DNA of 64,000 bases, taken from positions 25,544,001 to 25,608,000 of the forward strand of contig NC_047021.1 of the NCBI RefSeq assembly GCF_902652985.1, written 5' to 3'. Within the stretch, counting starts at the first letter, position 1. Each line of letters opens with the position of its first letter. The position numbers were made by a program, and so were the translations under genes. The notes under the pieces are model-generated. The model was not told the DNA's origin. It saw nothing but the letters and a program-made list of their open reading frames with translations, and did not search any database. The DNA is from Pecten maximus (Eukaryota). Of this stretch, positions 1 through 38,790 are shown piece by piece.

Positions 1-2023
1 TTTTCTTAAGTTAAGGACATTAATATAACTAGGGCCTAGTCATTAGGTCTACTGGTTACAACTTTTATCAATAACTTATACTACACACACCAACGTCCGT
101 TGATATTTGTTCATTTATGTGAACTTTTCTGAAACGACATCATATCTGATAAACACCGCATTTGAGATTTGTATTTGTTTTAAGTACTCTGTATATTATC
201 ATGTTAGCTAAAATATGAAATGAACTTTATTGAAATTCTAAACAGTCCACAGGAAAACTTGTTGAAGTATTGTACACTTACTTGTCAATTTATAATTGTA
301 AGCTACAGTATACAGGACTTGGACAAGTTGGACGATTTTGAAAGCATTAGCAATATGTTGTCACGGACAAATTAGTTCAAGAAACTGGCAACAATTGAGT
401 GTTAATATGATGTCATTTATGCATTATCAAGAAAACACTTAACCAAGGCACTTTTTGAAGCGGTCTATTGATGACTCTGGAGAGTACACTACAGTCTGTA
501 TCTAGTTAGAGAACAAGTAGCGACAAGTTGACGAAATACAACATGGCGAATATTTCGCTGCCTGAATTTGGACATCACATCTTAATTTGAGGCGAACAAA
601 TGCTCAGTTAATCAAATGGGACATTGATTCCAAATGATAGTAAGTTCAGTCTAACTGAATACCAAAAGGCAAATTAAACGGGTGGCCAAAACGTCCAAGT
701 CGAGCAGCAGATAAGTTTTTGCCATCAAGGGGGAGTAACTCTAGCGGGATTGACGTCAAATGATTGTACAAAAAAGGCACCCGATACAAACGCACTAAGA
801 AGGCGAATTTAGATGGAACAATAATTAATATAAGCGGAAAATCCATGTACATTACTATATATATCAGGTCAAAACAATTCAATGAATGCACTTGGTTTTA
901 GTCATAAAATGATACACTGCTGACAGTGTAACTGCTTGTCAAAAAATATAAAATGGTATCCATCGTATAAAAGATCAGAAGTCATAACATTTGGATTTAT
1001 AACATATGTGTGTTAATTTGGTAATTTTTATAAAAAGCAACAATTTTTTTTTTACTTTCAATCGATAATAATTACTCTTTTTTCGGAGATGAAGCACGTT
1101 TACAGACAAGCGTACAAAATAAATCTGAAGGAAATAGTTCGTACTAGTATTGCTTAAAACCATTTAAAGTGTACTATTTACAATAGTATTGATTTTGTTT
1201 ATGTTAAATTACTTCAGATAAGCGGCTACACGTGTACGTTTTCTAATAAGAATACCTCGATGGCGCTAAATGAAGCGAGCATTTTCCGATTATCATTCCG
1301 GAAGGATTGTCGATAATTGTGTGAGGTCGTCGAAGCAAATATATGAAAATATTTTATTTTTATCCTGATAGGAATTACTGACGAGGTCTGGTATGTAAAG
1401 TAATTAGTGATGGATTCAGGGTGTAATTGCCCGAAGAAATGGGATGGAGTATAGCGATAATAAACAGTGACGTTGTTTCGACTTGTCTACACGACAAACT
1501 AATCTCAGGTGGACACACGACACAGGATCAACTGTTAGATATGTACAACTCCACTTGGAACTGAATTTATTGCAACTGTGGTTTAATTTACTTATAAACG
1601 CTCAGTCGTGCCATATATTATAATGTCATACCTGGTAGTACTCATCAGCAGTTCAACATAGTTATTAGAAGTTGCGCTGAAAAAGAAAATGTTCAATTGG
1701 CCTGCATCGCTCACATAGATAGTTAATAACACCTACGTGAATCTCAGTAGCATTATTATGTTGCCACATAACACCCAGTAATAGGTTTATGATTACAGGG
1801 GTGGGATCCCTTCGATGTCATGACCAACTGACAATGGACCTAAGGACGGGGGTGAGGCTGAATGGTTAATATAAGAATAATGATCATACTATTACTATAA
1901 TTTTCTTGCTGCTACACATAGGCCATCAGGGGTCCGGGGGTACTTCTCCTGGAAAAAAATTACTATTATGTCGCTGATTGATACGGGAATTCGTTTTTAA
2001 GATACCCTTACTTTGACAATTTT

Positions 2024-2045
2024 AGGGGGGGGGGGGGGGGGGGGG

Positions 2046-2083
<38 letters not shown>

Positions 2084-2098
2084 CCCCCCCCCCCCCCC
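2024..2098. repeat. compound poly(G)-(TG)n-poly(C) simple repeat
   Basis: G run, then a TG dinucleotide run, then a C run; source of the spurious ORFs at 1997-2303. Confidence 0.95.
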
Positions 2099-2671
2099 TC
2101 CTCTTAAATCCGCCAGTGTCCATGGATCAAGTGGCAGGGTTGAAGCAGAGCCCCCGGAAAAGTATTGCATTATTACTGTGTCTAGCAAGCAGGTACATTG
2201 TATATCATTTTATGGTCGAAATCACAACAGTTTTCGTGTCATAACCAATGGACCATGCCCAGAGGGTCGGGAATCGGTAACGGTTCTTGGTACGCCAGCA
2301 TGATTTTGTTAGTTCCTTCATGTCCAGTAAGGGGATATATAGTCGTGGTGTGTACATCTCTACCACAACTATTGTACTTTACTATTAAGTTATCGCCCTT
2401 GTTTAATTTGAACCATTGGTGTGTCCCCATTTATCCTCCCATATCTGCCATATCTGTAATATTGAAGGAGATTTTTAAATTTCCATACCCATTTTAGTTT
2501 TAATGCTGAAATTTCAACCTATGGGCCCATTTTTAACAATTTAATAATTATCTACACGCACATGTATTTTCTCCAATGGAATACCAAAGCTGTCTCAATT
2601 ATAATGGCTGGACTTTCCTTTTGGAACTCTGTGAGGTCGAAGATCATGAACTTTCCTTGAAGAAATCAAGA

Positions 2672-3203
2672 TGGTTTGATTTAGTTTATTTTGTTTAACG
2701 TCCTATTAACAGATAAGGTCATTTAAGGACGGCCTCCCGTGCGTGCGACATGCATGCGTGTAGTGAGTGCGTATGTGTGTTTTGGGAGGCTGCGGTATGT
2801 TCGTGTTAAGTCTCCTTGTGATAGGCCGGAACTTTTGCCGATTTATAGTGCTACCTCACTGAGGCATACTGCCGAAGACACCCAGCAGGACACTCTACCC
2901 GGTCACATTATACTGACAACGGGCGAACCAGTCGTCCCACTCCCAAAATGCTGAGCGTTAAGCAGGAGCAGTAACTACCATTTTTAAAGACTCTGGTATG
3001 TCTTGGCCAGGGGACAGAACCCAAAGCCTTCCTCACAGGGGCGAACGCTCAACTAAAGGCCAAAAGTGAGGCATTGTCAAGGGAAACATTAGGAAGAAGT
3101 TGCTAAGAAAGAAGAGTAAAGATAAGATCCCAAGTTTAGTCGCCTCTTACGATCATGCAATGGGGGCAGCAGGTATAATTCTTACGCCCTACCTGCAGGG
3201 CAG
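2672..3203 (-). mobile_element. full-length tRNA-derived SINE (Nin/Deu-domain-like) with a 5' leader
   Basis: Flanked by a 13-bp TSD GAAGAAATCAAGA (2659-2671, 3204-3216). Minus strand has an A/B-box-like tRNA head (~3005-3072), a central GGTCACATTATACTGAC-type conserved block and an AAAC-rich tail. Diverged copy at 53261-53867. Confidence 0.85.
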
Positions 3204-4217
3204 GAAGAAATCAAGACTGTCTTATGCGAAGCAAATAAATGAATAACCAGGGACAATGGACACATGTCTTTGTGGTGCGATCTGCATAGATATCGCAGAG
3301 TTTATGGCGAATTTCCTCTCCTGCAAAGCTACAACAGAATATCGTCTCCACCAGCCATGTTCTGTAGTAGTCAATCCCCATATACTGACGGCTCTTCTCA
3401 CGAGATGTGTGATTATATAGGCTCTACTTCGTTCTCTGGCCCCAATCACTTCACCCTTAAAATATCCTAATTTATCATCATTTTGCGATTGATATATACA
3501 AATATGGCTACTCTAGACAACCCTCTAATTGCGCCCTGTGTTGTATTCCAAAACCATGTAAACTACAGGCGGTGACATAAATTATCATGTTTATATTCGT
3601 TAATTACGAAGCATGTTCACACTCCTCTTCGGGGTGTACAATAGGACTATGTCCCTTTATCAAAATATTACTAGCTGGTTTTCAATGGTCCAAAGGTAGT
3701 CATGCTTATAGCATACTACTTTTCAAAGACCACATAATTAGGGACCACTTGTCAGCAACAATGATACTAAAACGCCTAGAGGAAGATAGGGTATTTTTGT
3801 GTCTGAAGGAATTTAAGTTGAGCAATACGACATCCGTCCATACCATAACCTTGAGTGTATATCATTGAGGAACTTTGATATGTCCACATGTCCTATCAAT
3901 CACAGTAAAAAAAATGAATAAAAGAAAAATAATAAATGATCGAGATTTACTTGTTATACGAGGCCGGCTTTATCAAAGTGCGTTAATTATTTTAACGTTA
4001 CTGACATGAGCGATATATGCCAAGTGAACGTGGATGTATCTCGATTTCTATAGATACAGTTCACACTGATAAAAGGGTAGACCATATAAACAACGTAGCC
4101 ATAGGTAAACTGTGAAGTATAGAGAAAGACAATGAGATCTCAATGTAAAATATAAATGTCCTGATTCAAGCTGAAATTTTACATTAACCTGACGAGGGTT
4201 AGCACGAAATCACGTTT

Positions 4218-4278
4218 CTAGTCCGAATGATACCGTACATACAGTGTATTAAAATATATAGAGAATCTTTCGGACTAG
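4218..4278. mobile_element. 61-bp miniature inverted-repeat element
   Basis: TIR CTAGTCCGAA / TTCGGACTAG flanked by direct repeat CACGTTT (4211-4217, 4279-4285). Confidence 0.6.
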
Positions 4279-4984
4279 CACGTTTCCTAATCGTTGGATC
4301 GCTTCATTAATTATCATCAACAGTAAGCTAATCTCTAAACTTCAATCGAATGCATAGGTTAACCAAAGGTTCACTATTCTGAAAAGCGTGAAACATTTTT
4401 TTTTTTTTTTTTTTGAGGAGTGGAACCCCGAGGACAAAATGCTAAAAGCTGTCTAAAATATTGACACGGACTTGATAAAACTGATTCTATGGTGGCTTAT
4501 ATTATATATGACATTTCCCATAATTCTAATTACGCTAGGACAATACAGCTTGATATTAACAACCGTAGATGGTTTACCCCTTTGCTCATCGACATATTTG
4601 AGGGATGTTATTTTTACGAAAAGAGGACCTAATCACCCAAACCATCTAACGATGTTAAACACACTAGGAAAGGTCAAAATACATATGTAAAAAATTCTAA
4701 GGAATCTCTTGTGTATGATGATTACCCAATAATGACTGGAACTAATGTGAATCAGTGACATGTGGAATAAGATGGACATAATGTCACATTAACCTATGTA
4801 ACAAGCCCGGTTTGTCGTTATGCTTCGTATAATACACAGTTATGTTCCTTTAAACGGTACCTTCTCTATATTTCTATCACAATGGTCTTCACTCTATTTG
4901 TAGACCATCTTGGCTACATCAGCCCAAACCCTAACACTAAAGTTTTCTAATTTGCGTTGAAAAGCTATATTATTTTCAGTTATT

Positions 4985-5140
4985 TAAGGATTAACATCAA
5001 TTATTTTTTCTGTTATAGTCATAACAGAAAAAACTGGAGTGTACTTTAAATAAACCGCGAAGCGGTTTATGAAGAGAGTACACTCCAGTTTTTTATGTTA
5101 TGACTGTATAACAGAAAAAAATAATTAATGTTAATTCTTA
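4985..5140. repeat. long imperfect palindrome, probably part of a non-autonomous DNA element
   Basis: Arms TAAGGATTAACATCAATTATTTTTTCTGTTATA...AAAACTGGAGTGTACT and AGTACACTCCAGTTTT...TATAACAGAAAAAAATAATTAATGTTAATTCTTA around a central ACCGC-GAA-GCGGT hairpin. Confidence 0.8.
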
Positions 5141-6961
5141 TATTTTAATTTCGTCTTATACACACCAAGATATTTCACTTTCTTTGGCGAACTCTTTTCT
5201 GTGATAAATTATTACGCAACGTCATCAGCCAATCAAAAATGACGTTACATTTCGCAACGTCAAAAATTTTGTTATGGAGGTATAACAAAATTATTTCAGC
5301 CAACGAAAATGCGTGTTTCATACAAAATTAAGTTATTTACTTTTTTGATAAAATTTGCCGACAATTTTTTCCAAACTTGCCGAATCAACCGGAACTGATT
5401 CGTAACTTGTTTTCATTTCCGTTTTCTGATCTATACATTGTAAGAACGGCAAAACAATCAAAACAATTATATACACTATATAATATTGAAACATGAAAAT
5501 GCCGTAACTGTTATACATTGATCATTCAACAAAATACAGACCATTTTGCGTCTTAGGATTCGTGTAAGGAAACCCATCTCTGTGAATGATGTAATTATGA
5601 AGCTGTGAATGTAAAACATGGGAGGCAGCATTTACAGGAATCTTTGACGGGAGTAACAACAGAACTGTCGCTACACGTTTAACATGTTAACAAAAGATCC
5701 GCGTCTGTTATTTCTAAAGCACTGATCTTTAAATAGCCGGAAGCAGTTACTACGGTTTCGGGGTCATAATCACATCCTTTAAAGATGTGATTAAGACACA
5801 AATCGCTATTATTGACTAATTATTACTACACTAGGAACGATTTGGACAGCTTTGTCGTCTAAGGAAGACTGCTCGCATTAGAAATGGCCTGCTAATTATA
5901 GACACTACAGAGGGATTAAACACTCCGATTAATCTATTTATTCAATACGTTACGGGACCCATTGACCTGGTATCGATCGAGAGGTCCTTCTAGTACCGGG
6001 TTGGCTTTGATCATATGATCCTGAACCAGAAATCATTATAAGAGTTACACAAATGTTGGTCATCAGGGATCTATCCCAAATATAAACACTGACCAATGAC
6101 CCAGGTCAAGGAATCTAAATTAGATTAGTCGCATTCTTCAACATTGACCGGAACCTATCTCACACATCTAACTGTTAAAACCGGACTCGGACAACTTTAA
6201 AGATCTAGAAATGGAAATATTATTTTAAAACCATGTATGTTTGAAAAGATTGAAATACATAGCACATATTACACATTTTAGAGTACTTGGTATTTCATAA
6301 ATATTTTAATATAGGGTTTGTTTGAGGAAATATGAGTCACGTTTTGCAGTTTTTAAGAAAACGAATTAAAGTACAAAATGTACCTAATTGACTGTTCGGA
6401 CAGCTGATATGGCGTCTTCTGTGGTTTCCGGACTTAGTGTTATGTAAGTATAATAATGTAGATTTTCTGATTTCTTTACATAGCAGTTTAACAGTATGTT
6501 TTATACACAAATGTTTTACAACAACGGTGATTTACTATTTAAGTTAGACTATTAGTTACTGATAACCTACGCAATTTTAACCGTTATCGAATATTTACAC
6601 TTAACTAATTACACCGCTATTTAGAACAGTCACGCTTAAAAGAGAAAGTAACATTTTGACATATCGCATTCAGCGATACTGCTGTTTTGACGAATTTCAG
6701 TTTGAAATAGGCTGCTTTAGAGACGATAAAATAAGAGTATTTCAGGACTAAGATATAACCATTATCATCGGAAATACCGTATTGTACATGAAAAAATATA
6801 CCAAGAAGAAGTGACAAATGATGAGAAATATATAATTTGAATGATTTTGAAGAAAACCTGATATTCGAAAAGATGTTCATCAAATGTATCTGCTATCATT
6901 CGTGTCGAAAACATCTTAGATTTACACTTGAAAACATTTACAGAGTTGTAACATGACGGCC

Positions 6962-7408
6962 AGAATTGGTTATGGTACATTATAGTAGATCTGTAGTTAC
7001 GTATAGAATTGGTTATGGTACATTATAGTAGATCTGTAGGTACGTATAGAATTGGTTATGGTACATTACAGTAGATCTGTAGGTACGTATATAGAATTGA
7101 TTATGGTACATTACAGTAGATCTGTAGGTACGTATAGAATTGGTTATGGTACATTACAGTAGATCTGTAGGTACGTATAGAATTGGTTATGGTACATTAC
7201 AGTAGATCTACAGAAGATCTGTAGGTACGAATATAATTGGTTATGGTACATTATAGTAGATCTGTAGGTACGTATAGAATTGGTTATGGTACATTACAGT
7301 AGATCTGTAGGTACGTATAGAATTGGTTATGGTACATTACAGTAGACCTGTAGGTACGTATAGAATTGATTATGGTACATTACAGTAGATCTGTAGGTAC
7401 GCATAGAA
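6962..7408. repeat. ~43-bp minisatellite, about 10 copies
   Basis: Unit AGAATTGGTTATGGTACATTACAGTAGATCTGTAGGTACGTAT repeated in tandem. Confidence 0.95.
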
Positions 7409-7980
7409 ATTTCGTATCAATTGCCTTTACATAAGAACATCTGAATGAAATCAGGCCTGTTGAATACATTAATGTCAAAAAGAACAAAGTGTATTGCTTC
7501 TAAATGCAAACAGGCGACTGGTCACAAGTTATTGCAACTTATAAAAGCGCCTTCCACATTAAGGGACATCCCTACGACAGTATTAACATGCAAAATTTCG
7601 CTCGATGGAATCAATGTCCGAACAAGGATTATATGAATGTTGGTGTCTACTAGTAATGATATTAATGCCGAAATGTTCAGAAAAAATGACGGATCGTACA
7701 CGAATACCGTCTGTATTTGCGGTAATTAGTGATACTTCGGGGCGAATTAAGCTTTTTTAGGACTTAAAACTTGAAGAACTTCGGTTTACCTTGCGAGTAA
7801 AGCTGCCGTATTAATGTTAAGATTATAACTTTTACTACCTGGGAAAAATACATATATTCCATTAAGTTCCATTTTGACGACCTAAGCTGTATTCAAACGA
7901 AGGAATACCCCTTTAATTGTTATACAACAATGTGATAGCGACAAAAGATACATGTATATATGAATTTATTTTTACAATAC

Positions 7981-7983
<3 letters not shown>

Positions 7984-8060
<77 letters not shown>
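7984..8060. repeat. (GA)n microsatellite
   Basis: Perfect GA dinucleotide run. Confidence 0.97.
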
Positions 8061-8065
<5 letters not shown>

Positions 8066-11000
8066 AAATATCTATATATATTTATTTTTATTTTATAAAA
8101 TTTAGATATGATTTATTGCTTTTGATGAACAAAGCCTTCTCAGCAGTTAACAGATATCAAATCGACAACCCATGACACAGATGTTAGTTACTGTATAAGC
8201 TAGTAATGACTGATCATTTACAGAGACGATGTACATGTCACCAGATTCCCAGCAGGAAGAATTTATTTAAACAATCGCCAAATCAAGTGACATTGCCTCC
8301 TAAAATCATAATTGTTAAGTAACTGTCATATATATTTCATTTCATTTTCTGTTTTCACAAAATAGAAATGGATTTCTATTTTAAACATAAAGTTAACATA
8401 TCAAGCCCTTTAAGTGCAATGCTTTTTAATGTCTTTGATTTAGCTACGACTTATTCAAATTGATTTCTTTAATTAAGATGTAGATGGTGTAGCTCAATAC
8501 ATGTATCAGCAGTTCCTGTACCGCCTGGCATTATGATATCTTGCGAAGTGTCACATCAATTTGACTCATTCAGTTAACTGTCGCGAAGAGGCATTCGCGA
8601 ATACAAAATAATTCGTCAAAATCGAGTTTAAGGTTGTATGCCTTTTTTTCAAGGGAAAATAAAAATTCAGAGAATATCTTGTACAGAGTTACAGCAGTAA
8701 TATACAATGTACACACCCACATATATATCAGCTGTTGAGAAGAAGAGCTCATAAAGTGTAAGAATTTGTCTCTCATCCATTTGTCTGTTTCGACAATACA
8801 ATATGTTTAAATCATGTATATCAGGTTATTTTTAGTAAAACAATAATATTTTGTTACCACGAAATGTATGGCAATAATGGTTAGTAATTAACATCTAGAA
8901 TTGACAAAAGCAGCATAAATTACACCAAATGCGTACTTGTGAGTAGAAAACCACAACTAAATGCTCGCTGCCACAGCCTACCGCAACCACGCGCTCCGAT
9001 TTGAAAACCTCAAAACTTAAACAATTTAGACGGTAAATTATAGAGAAAATTGCTTTTAAATGTTAAATCATTACACACGGGACTGATACCTCTATCATTT
9101 CATATTTCTATGTGAAATTTTAAAATGTGATTACAGCCTTAGTGGCTGTATGTGTTCCCTATAAACCGACCAGCATCTCGAAGTAGAACAGCCCACAATC
9201 CAATTATGTCTTCGAGCGCGCCGACGGCAGTTACATAACAACGCACCAAGTCCGCCCAAAATACCGTTATGATGCCGAGAGGGGGCGATCGCATTGTCAT
9301 GGCAATATTGTTGAAGCATCCCATAAGTGGCATTTGTGGTCAGAGTTAAAAAAAAATAAAGCGAACCTTTAGGAGCATATTGTAATTTGGGATTCGGATT
9401 AGCTCTTAGGTTTGGGGTAAGTGGAATTGACATTAAACTTTAGTTACACGTGATTTCGATAACCGCTATGATATGTCGATAATATGGCCTTAACATATTT
9501 CTTGCTTTTAATTAAAGTTAATTTCTTAAAATATATAACGTCGAGTATCCTGATTGAATATTGACATTATCTTAAATTAAAAAATAAATATTGTATTTTA
9601 TATTATTAATTTTACTAATTCATAATAAATATGACAAACGAAAAGGCCGATTATGATAAGTTAATTTTAGATAATTTTTTTATATACAGATATACATAGA
9701 TATTAATATCAAGTACATATATGTGAACAAAAACTCCTCCTTTTTATCGCTGGTTTTGTTTGATTGATACTTTTATTCCTGTATCCATTTTTTAATAAAT
9801 AATTTTATGTGTATTCCCCAAAAATTACTATCATATTTTTAGAAGTATGACTTTTTTAAGATATCAATTTATTCCAAAGTTAGCGTTGTTACTATCCACA
9901 AGTGAGCGGTACTTATTCTAATTCAAACTCGCCGAGGAAGAAATCACAAAACAAATATAAATTATATTCCTGTTGTCTGGAAGAGGTGGATAATTTTACT
10001 TGTCAAATATAAAAGCTTCTGGTCGTTAATCCGTGAAATGGTGGTATTTGGGTAGAGTATTTGGATAGACACCCGGGTTTAGTTTGTAATGACAAATCTC
10101 CCCGTCTTTCTGACATATATAGGACTAAGGTTTAGTATTTTAGAGGCCTAAATAAATAAAAAAGAATAAATAGTACCTATTTGTTTAACGCTTGTCAGGT
10201 TTCATCAATTTAAATAACCATAGCACGAATAACAAACATTGCTTCCTCGTCATCTCTGATTTTATTAACACATCGGGAAATTGAAAATAATATGTCATTT
10301 TTAATATTGTCTTGTTAATAACACGTTTCGTATTGTCCTTTACATTTTATTTTTGTGATAACTTATACTTTTTTATAGATAATATTCCGACAATATCCAT
10401 TACCCCACTCTCTTATTATTCTTATTAGAAAGATTTGTTCTCCCTTGTTATATTTTGCTTTTACTGTAATTTTTTTAAATCATATTAAATATCTTTTATC
10501 AAAGTTTGATATAAAAGTGTAATTTGGATTTGTTGTCTCATGAAATGAACCTTTTTTTTCAAAAGAAATCTTTCTTAGTTGGGATTTGGTGATTAAAAAT
10601 GCATTGCCGTGTTCTCTTTTAACTTTAAAATAAAATTATCATATACATGTAATTATACTGGAGTGAAGCGTGAAAACATAGAAATGTTAAAACTGAAATA
10701 GAACGAGATAATAATAGGCAATGTCATGTAAACTGTACTAAATTGTGACAGTCCTCATCACAAAGGTAACCGATATAGAAGACCTATGTGAATTACAATA
10801 TATAATGAACATTAAAATAACATGTATACCACGGGTTAAAGCCAGGTAAACACTACCGTCCACCCTCCGTATTAATACTCAAGCTTGACCATCAAATGAC
10901 CAAACTATCTGGTCGGACAAGATTTGTGTTAGAACCGTACAACAATACCTCACACTATGGCAAGTGTCAAAGCCCGTCCGGTTCGACAGCCAGCGCGCTC

Positions 11001-11389
11001 TGGTGGCCTAAACCCGCCCCCTATTTTATGTTGATACTCGATTTGAATTAACTAACCCTTAATCTCATTGTGATGTGCCTCCGAGCCCATGTAACCCCTT
11101 GTCGCATTATCGGTCTCATTTCAGTTTTCATTAATCACATACAAATTCAGGCGCAAGCGCAAACAGTCGATGATAGCACTTGGATTGACCAAATGAAATC
11201 TGATGTTTACTTTAAAACTTACCACTGTTATGTGAAAACAGGAGCTCTACTCCTCGATTACAGCGATATGTAGCCGCAGTTTGAACAAATCTCTTCTACG
11301 CACAGGTGCGCCAGACACGGAGACATTATAAGTTATAATATATTTCTAAAAAATCATTTAAAGTTAATGTATTGATTCTTTATCAAACT

Positions 11390-36399
<25,010 letters not shown>

Positions 36400-37711
36400 T
36401 CGGTGAAATAATCACAGAGGAGTGGCTGAGTTTAATTTATTGTGTTTGTGAGTGAAGTGTTTGTTTTCTTTAATGAGATGTTCATTCAAGGTCTATGTAA
36501 CGTGCTGTTGTACACGATGTACTGAAATGTTTGAAAATTAAATAGGATTGTCATTGTCAGGAACTTAATTTGAAACTCAGTTCTACACGTTCATCGGACG
36601 TATCGATCACTCGTAAAATAGTATTAATCTTTAAAATACTTGCAATATAAGCAACTTTTCTTAACACCATTCAGCCGAGATTGGTCATTAAAGAGCAATT
36701 TGTAATATATAGCTTTTCGCAACTAATATGCCCTAAGTGGTTTTGTATTGATTTTTTTCAAAGCGTAGGTACGTGAGAACAAATGAAACAACTATATGTT
36801 CTTATTAGGGACCATGCACTCCAATTAATAATGATATTACATTAATTACACTGGGTATATCATTTTAGGATTTTTACACCGAACACATGCCTGTACAAAA
36901 CATAAAATGATTGATATTGTTCAATATTTATCATGTTGAAAGGTTAATCGTATTTAATGTTCAAACAAGTTTACACATTTCCCCGTGTTAATGTATATCG
37001 TGTGAGACAAACTTTTTAGACTTTAAAAACTTTAAGATGTATTACTTGGCTTGAAAAGCTTGATCTGTTTTATTATATATTGTTTGTTGATATTCTTTAT
37101 ATTATGCCAACAACATTATAATTAATCATAATTCATAACAAACATTTAAAGGGCGAATTGTGAATTGTTATTTAATTTTAAACTTTTGATTTAATATTTT
37201 GAAAAGAAATAACATTAGAGCGTGCTTTAAGTTATTGTTGAACTGCCCATCCTTGGCATTATAATTAAGGTGTTGAATCGTAATGAGGTTTGTAGTATGA
37301 AATATGTTAGCATAACAATCATTATAAAGCGACCATATGTTTATAATATTTGTATAAACAATAAAAATGTTAGCCTTGTTGATATTGATGTTATATAATT
37401 GTGCTAATATAATTGTTTGAATAAAAAATGAATTGAATTTTTTATCATGTATATTTCATTGTTTTTGGCACCGTAGCATCACACTACAAATACGACCAAA
37501 CTTGACATTTAAATCAAATTAAACAGTACTATATCTATACTGTGGAACGAAAGATGAGCTGTCGATAACAATAGCAATATGTTGTAATTGTATAAGGTTT
37601 CCATCAGGCAGAAGTATATTTTCCAGCAGACATATAGTGCTATAAACATTATCAATATTTTAGCAGCAGTATTGTCATAAAATGGTTAAACAACAAAAAT
37701 CAACTCATATA

Positions 37712-38228
37712 CACTGCCCTCCAAAAGTTCTGTTACACTTGGAACGTTTAAATCGAATGACTAGCCAACAAAATTTGAGAAAGAGTGTTGTAATATCCTG
37801 TAAGATAGTCCATGTGTAAGTGACGATTGCAAATTATTTGAAAAATACCTCACTTCTTTGAAATTGCAGGGAGAGGGAATGGAGGGTCCTATTTTCACCA
37901 ATGTTAAAAAATGAATACAAATATGGGTTTGTTTTGCTGACACAAATGAAAGTAATTGTTTAACTGATTAACAGTAAACAAATGTAAGAAATGCATTTTT
38001 GAAATCTATATCAAACAAAGAGGGAAATTTCCAGAATTTTGCATTTTGAGGATTTCTATTGTAGCAAAACATATACACTGTTGAAAAATGAACATGAATA
38101 TTTGAAATCACGAACAAAATCATCGTAAGAAGTTATGATTCTAACAAATTGTAATAAAGACTTCGAGATTAACTTAGCTGTATTTTATGTAATACATGTA
38201 ATTGTAACAGGACTTTTGGAGGGCAGTG
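37712..38228. mobile_element. Tc1/mariner-type MITE
   Basis: TIR CACTGCCCTCCAAAAGTTCTGTTACA / TGTAACAGGACTTTTGGAGGGCAGTG with TA on both flanks; no ORF. Confidence 0.9.
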
Positions 38229-38422
38229 TATTTGTAAGTATTAATGACAATATTATCATCAGAGGATGAAACGTTTACAAACAATACTATTTAATGTGGG
38301 GACTTTTTATCTTTTCTCATATTTACCTTCTCTCAGTAATACAGACTTCCACTGCTGACTTAACCGTTGTTTTTCTACTCAGGAACATTTTGTAAGGTAT
38401 TTAGATAGGTATTTAGATAGAA

Positions 38423-38790
38423 AATCTAGTTAGAAATAAATGTTAGACAAAGTTTTACCCTGGCATTTCACAGGTCATTGTCTGTCATCCCTGAGAATCT
38501 AGTTAGACACAAATGTTTAACAAAATTTTACCCTGGCATATCAACAGGTTATGTCTTCCCTGAGAATCTAGTTAGACACAAATGTTTAACAAAATTTTAC
38601 CCTGGCATATCTACATGTCATTGTCTGTCATCCCTGATAATCTAGTTAGACATACATGTTAGACAAAGTTTTACCCTGGCATATCAACAGGTTATGTCTT
38701 CCCTGAAAATCTAGTTAAACATGAATGTTAAACAAAGTTTTACCCTGGCATATCTACAAGTCATTGTCTGTCATTCCTGAAAACTAGTTC
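38423..38790. repeat. ~70/73-bp tandem repeat, about 5 units
   Basis: Units start AATCTAGTTAGA..TTTTACCCTGGCAT; endings alternate between GTCATTGTCTGTCATCCCTG and GGTTATGTCTTCCCTG. Confidence 0.85.

Noticed and set aside
1997-2303. Poly-Gly/CV/poly-Pro ORFs, and ER-repeat ORFs at 7917-8175
   Set aside because: Simple-sequence artefacts.
4185-4225. Hammerhead-like CTGACGA..GAAA
   Set aside because: No complementary stem I or credible stems II and III.
6962-7408. CRISPR-like array (also 38423-38790 and 46307-47700)
   Set aside because: Head-to-tail tandem units with no unique spacers, no cas genes, eukaryotic context.
11066-11080. Sox-Oct composite-like CATTGTGATG upstream of PRDM14
   Set aside because: The octamer half (ATGTGCCT) does not match; likely chance.
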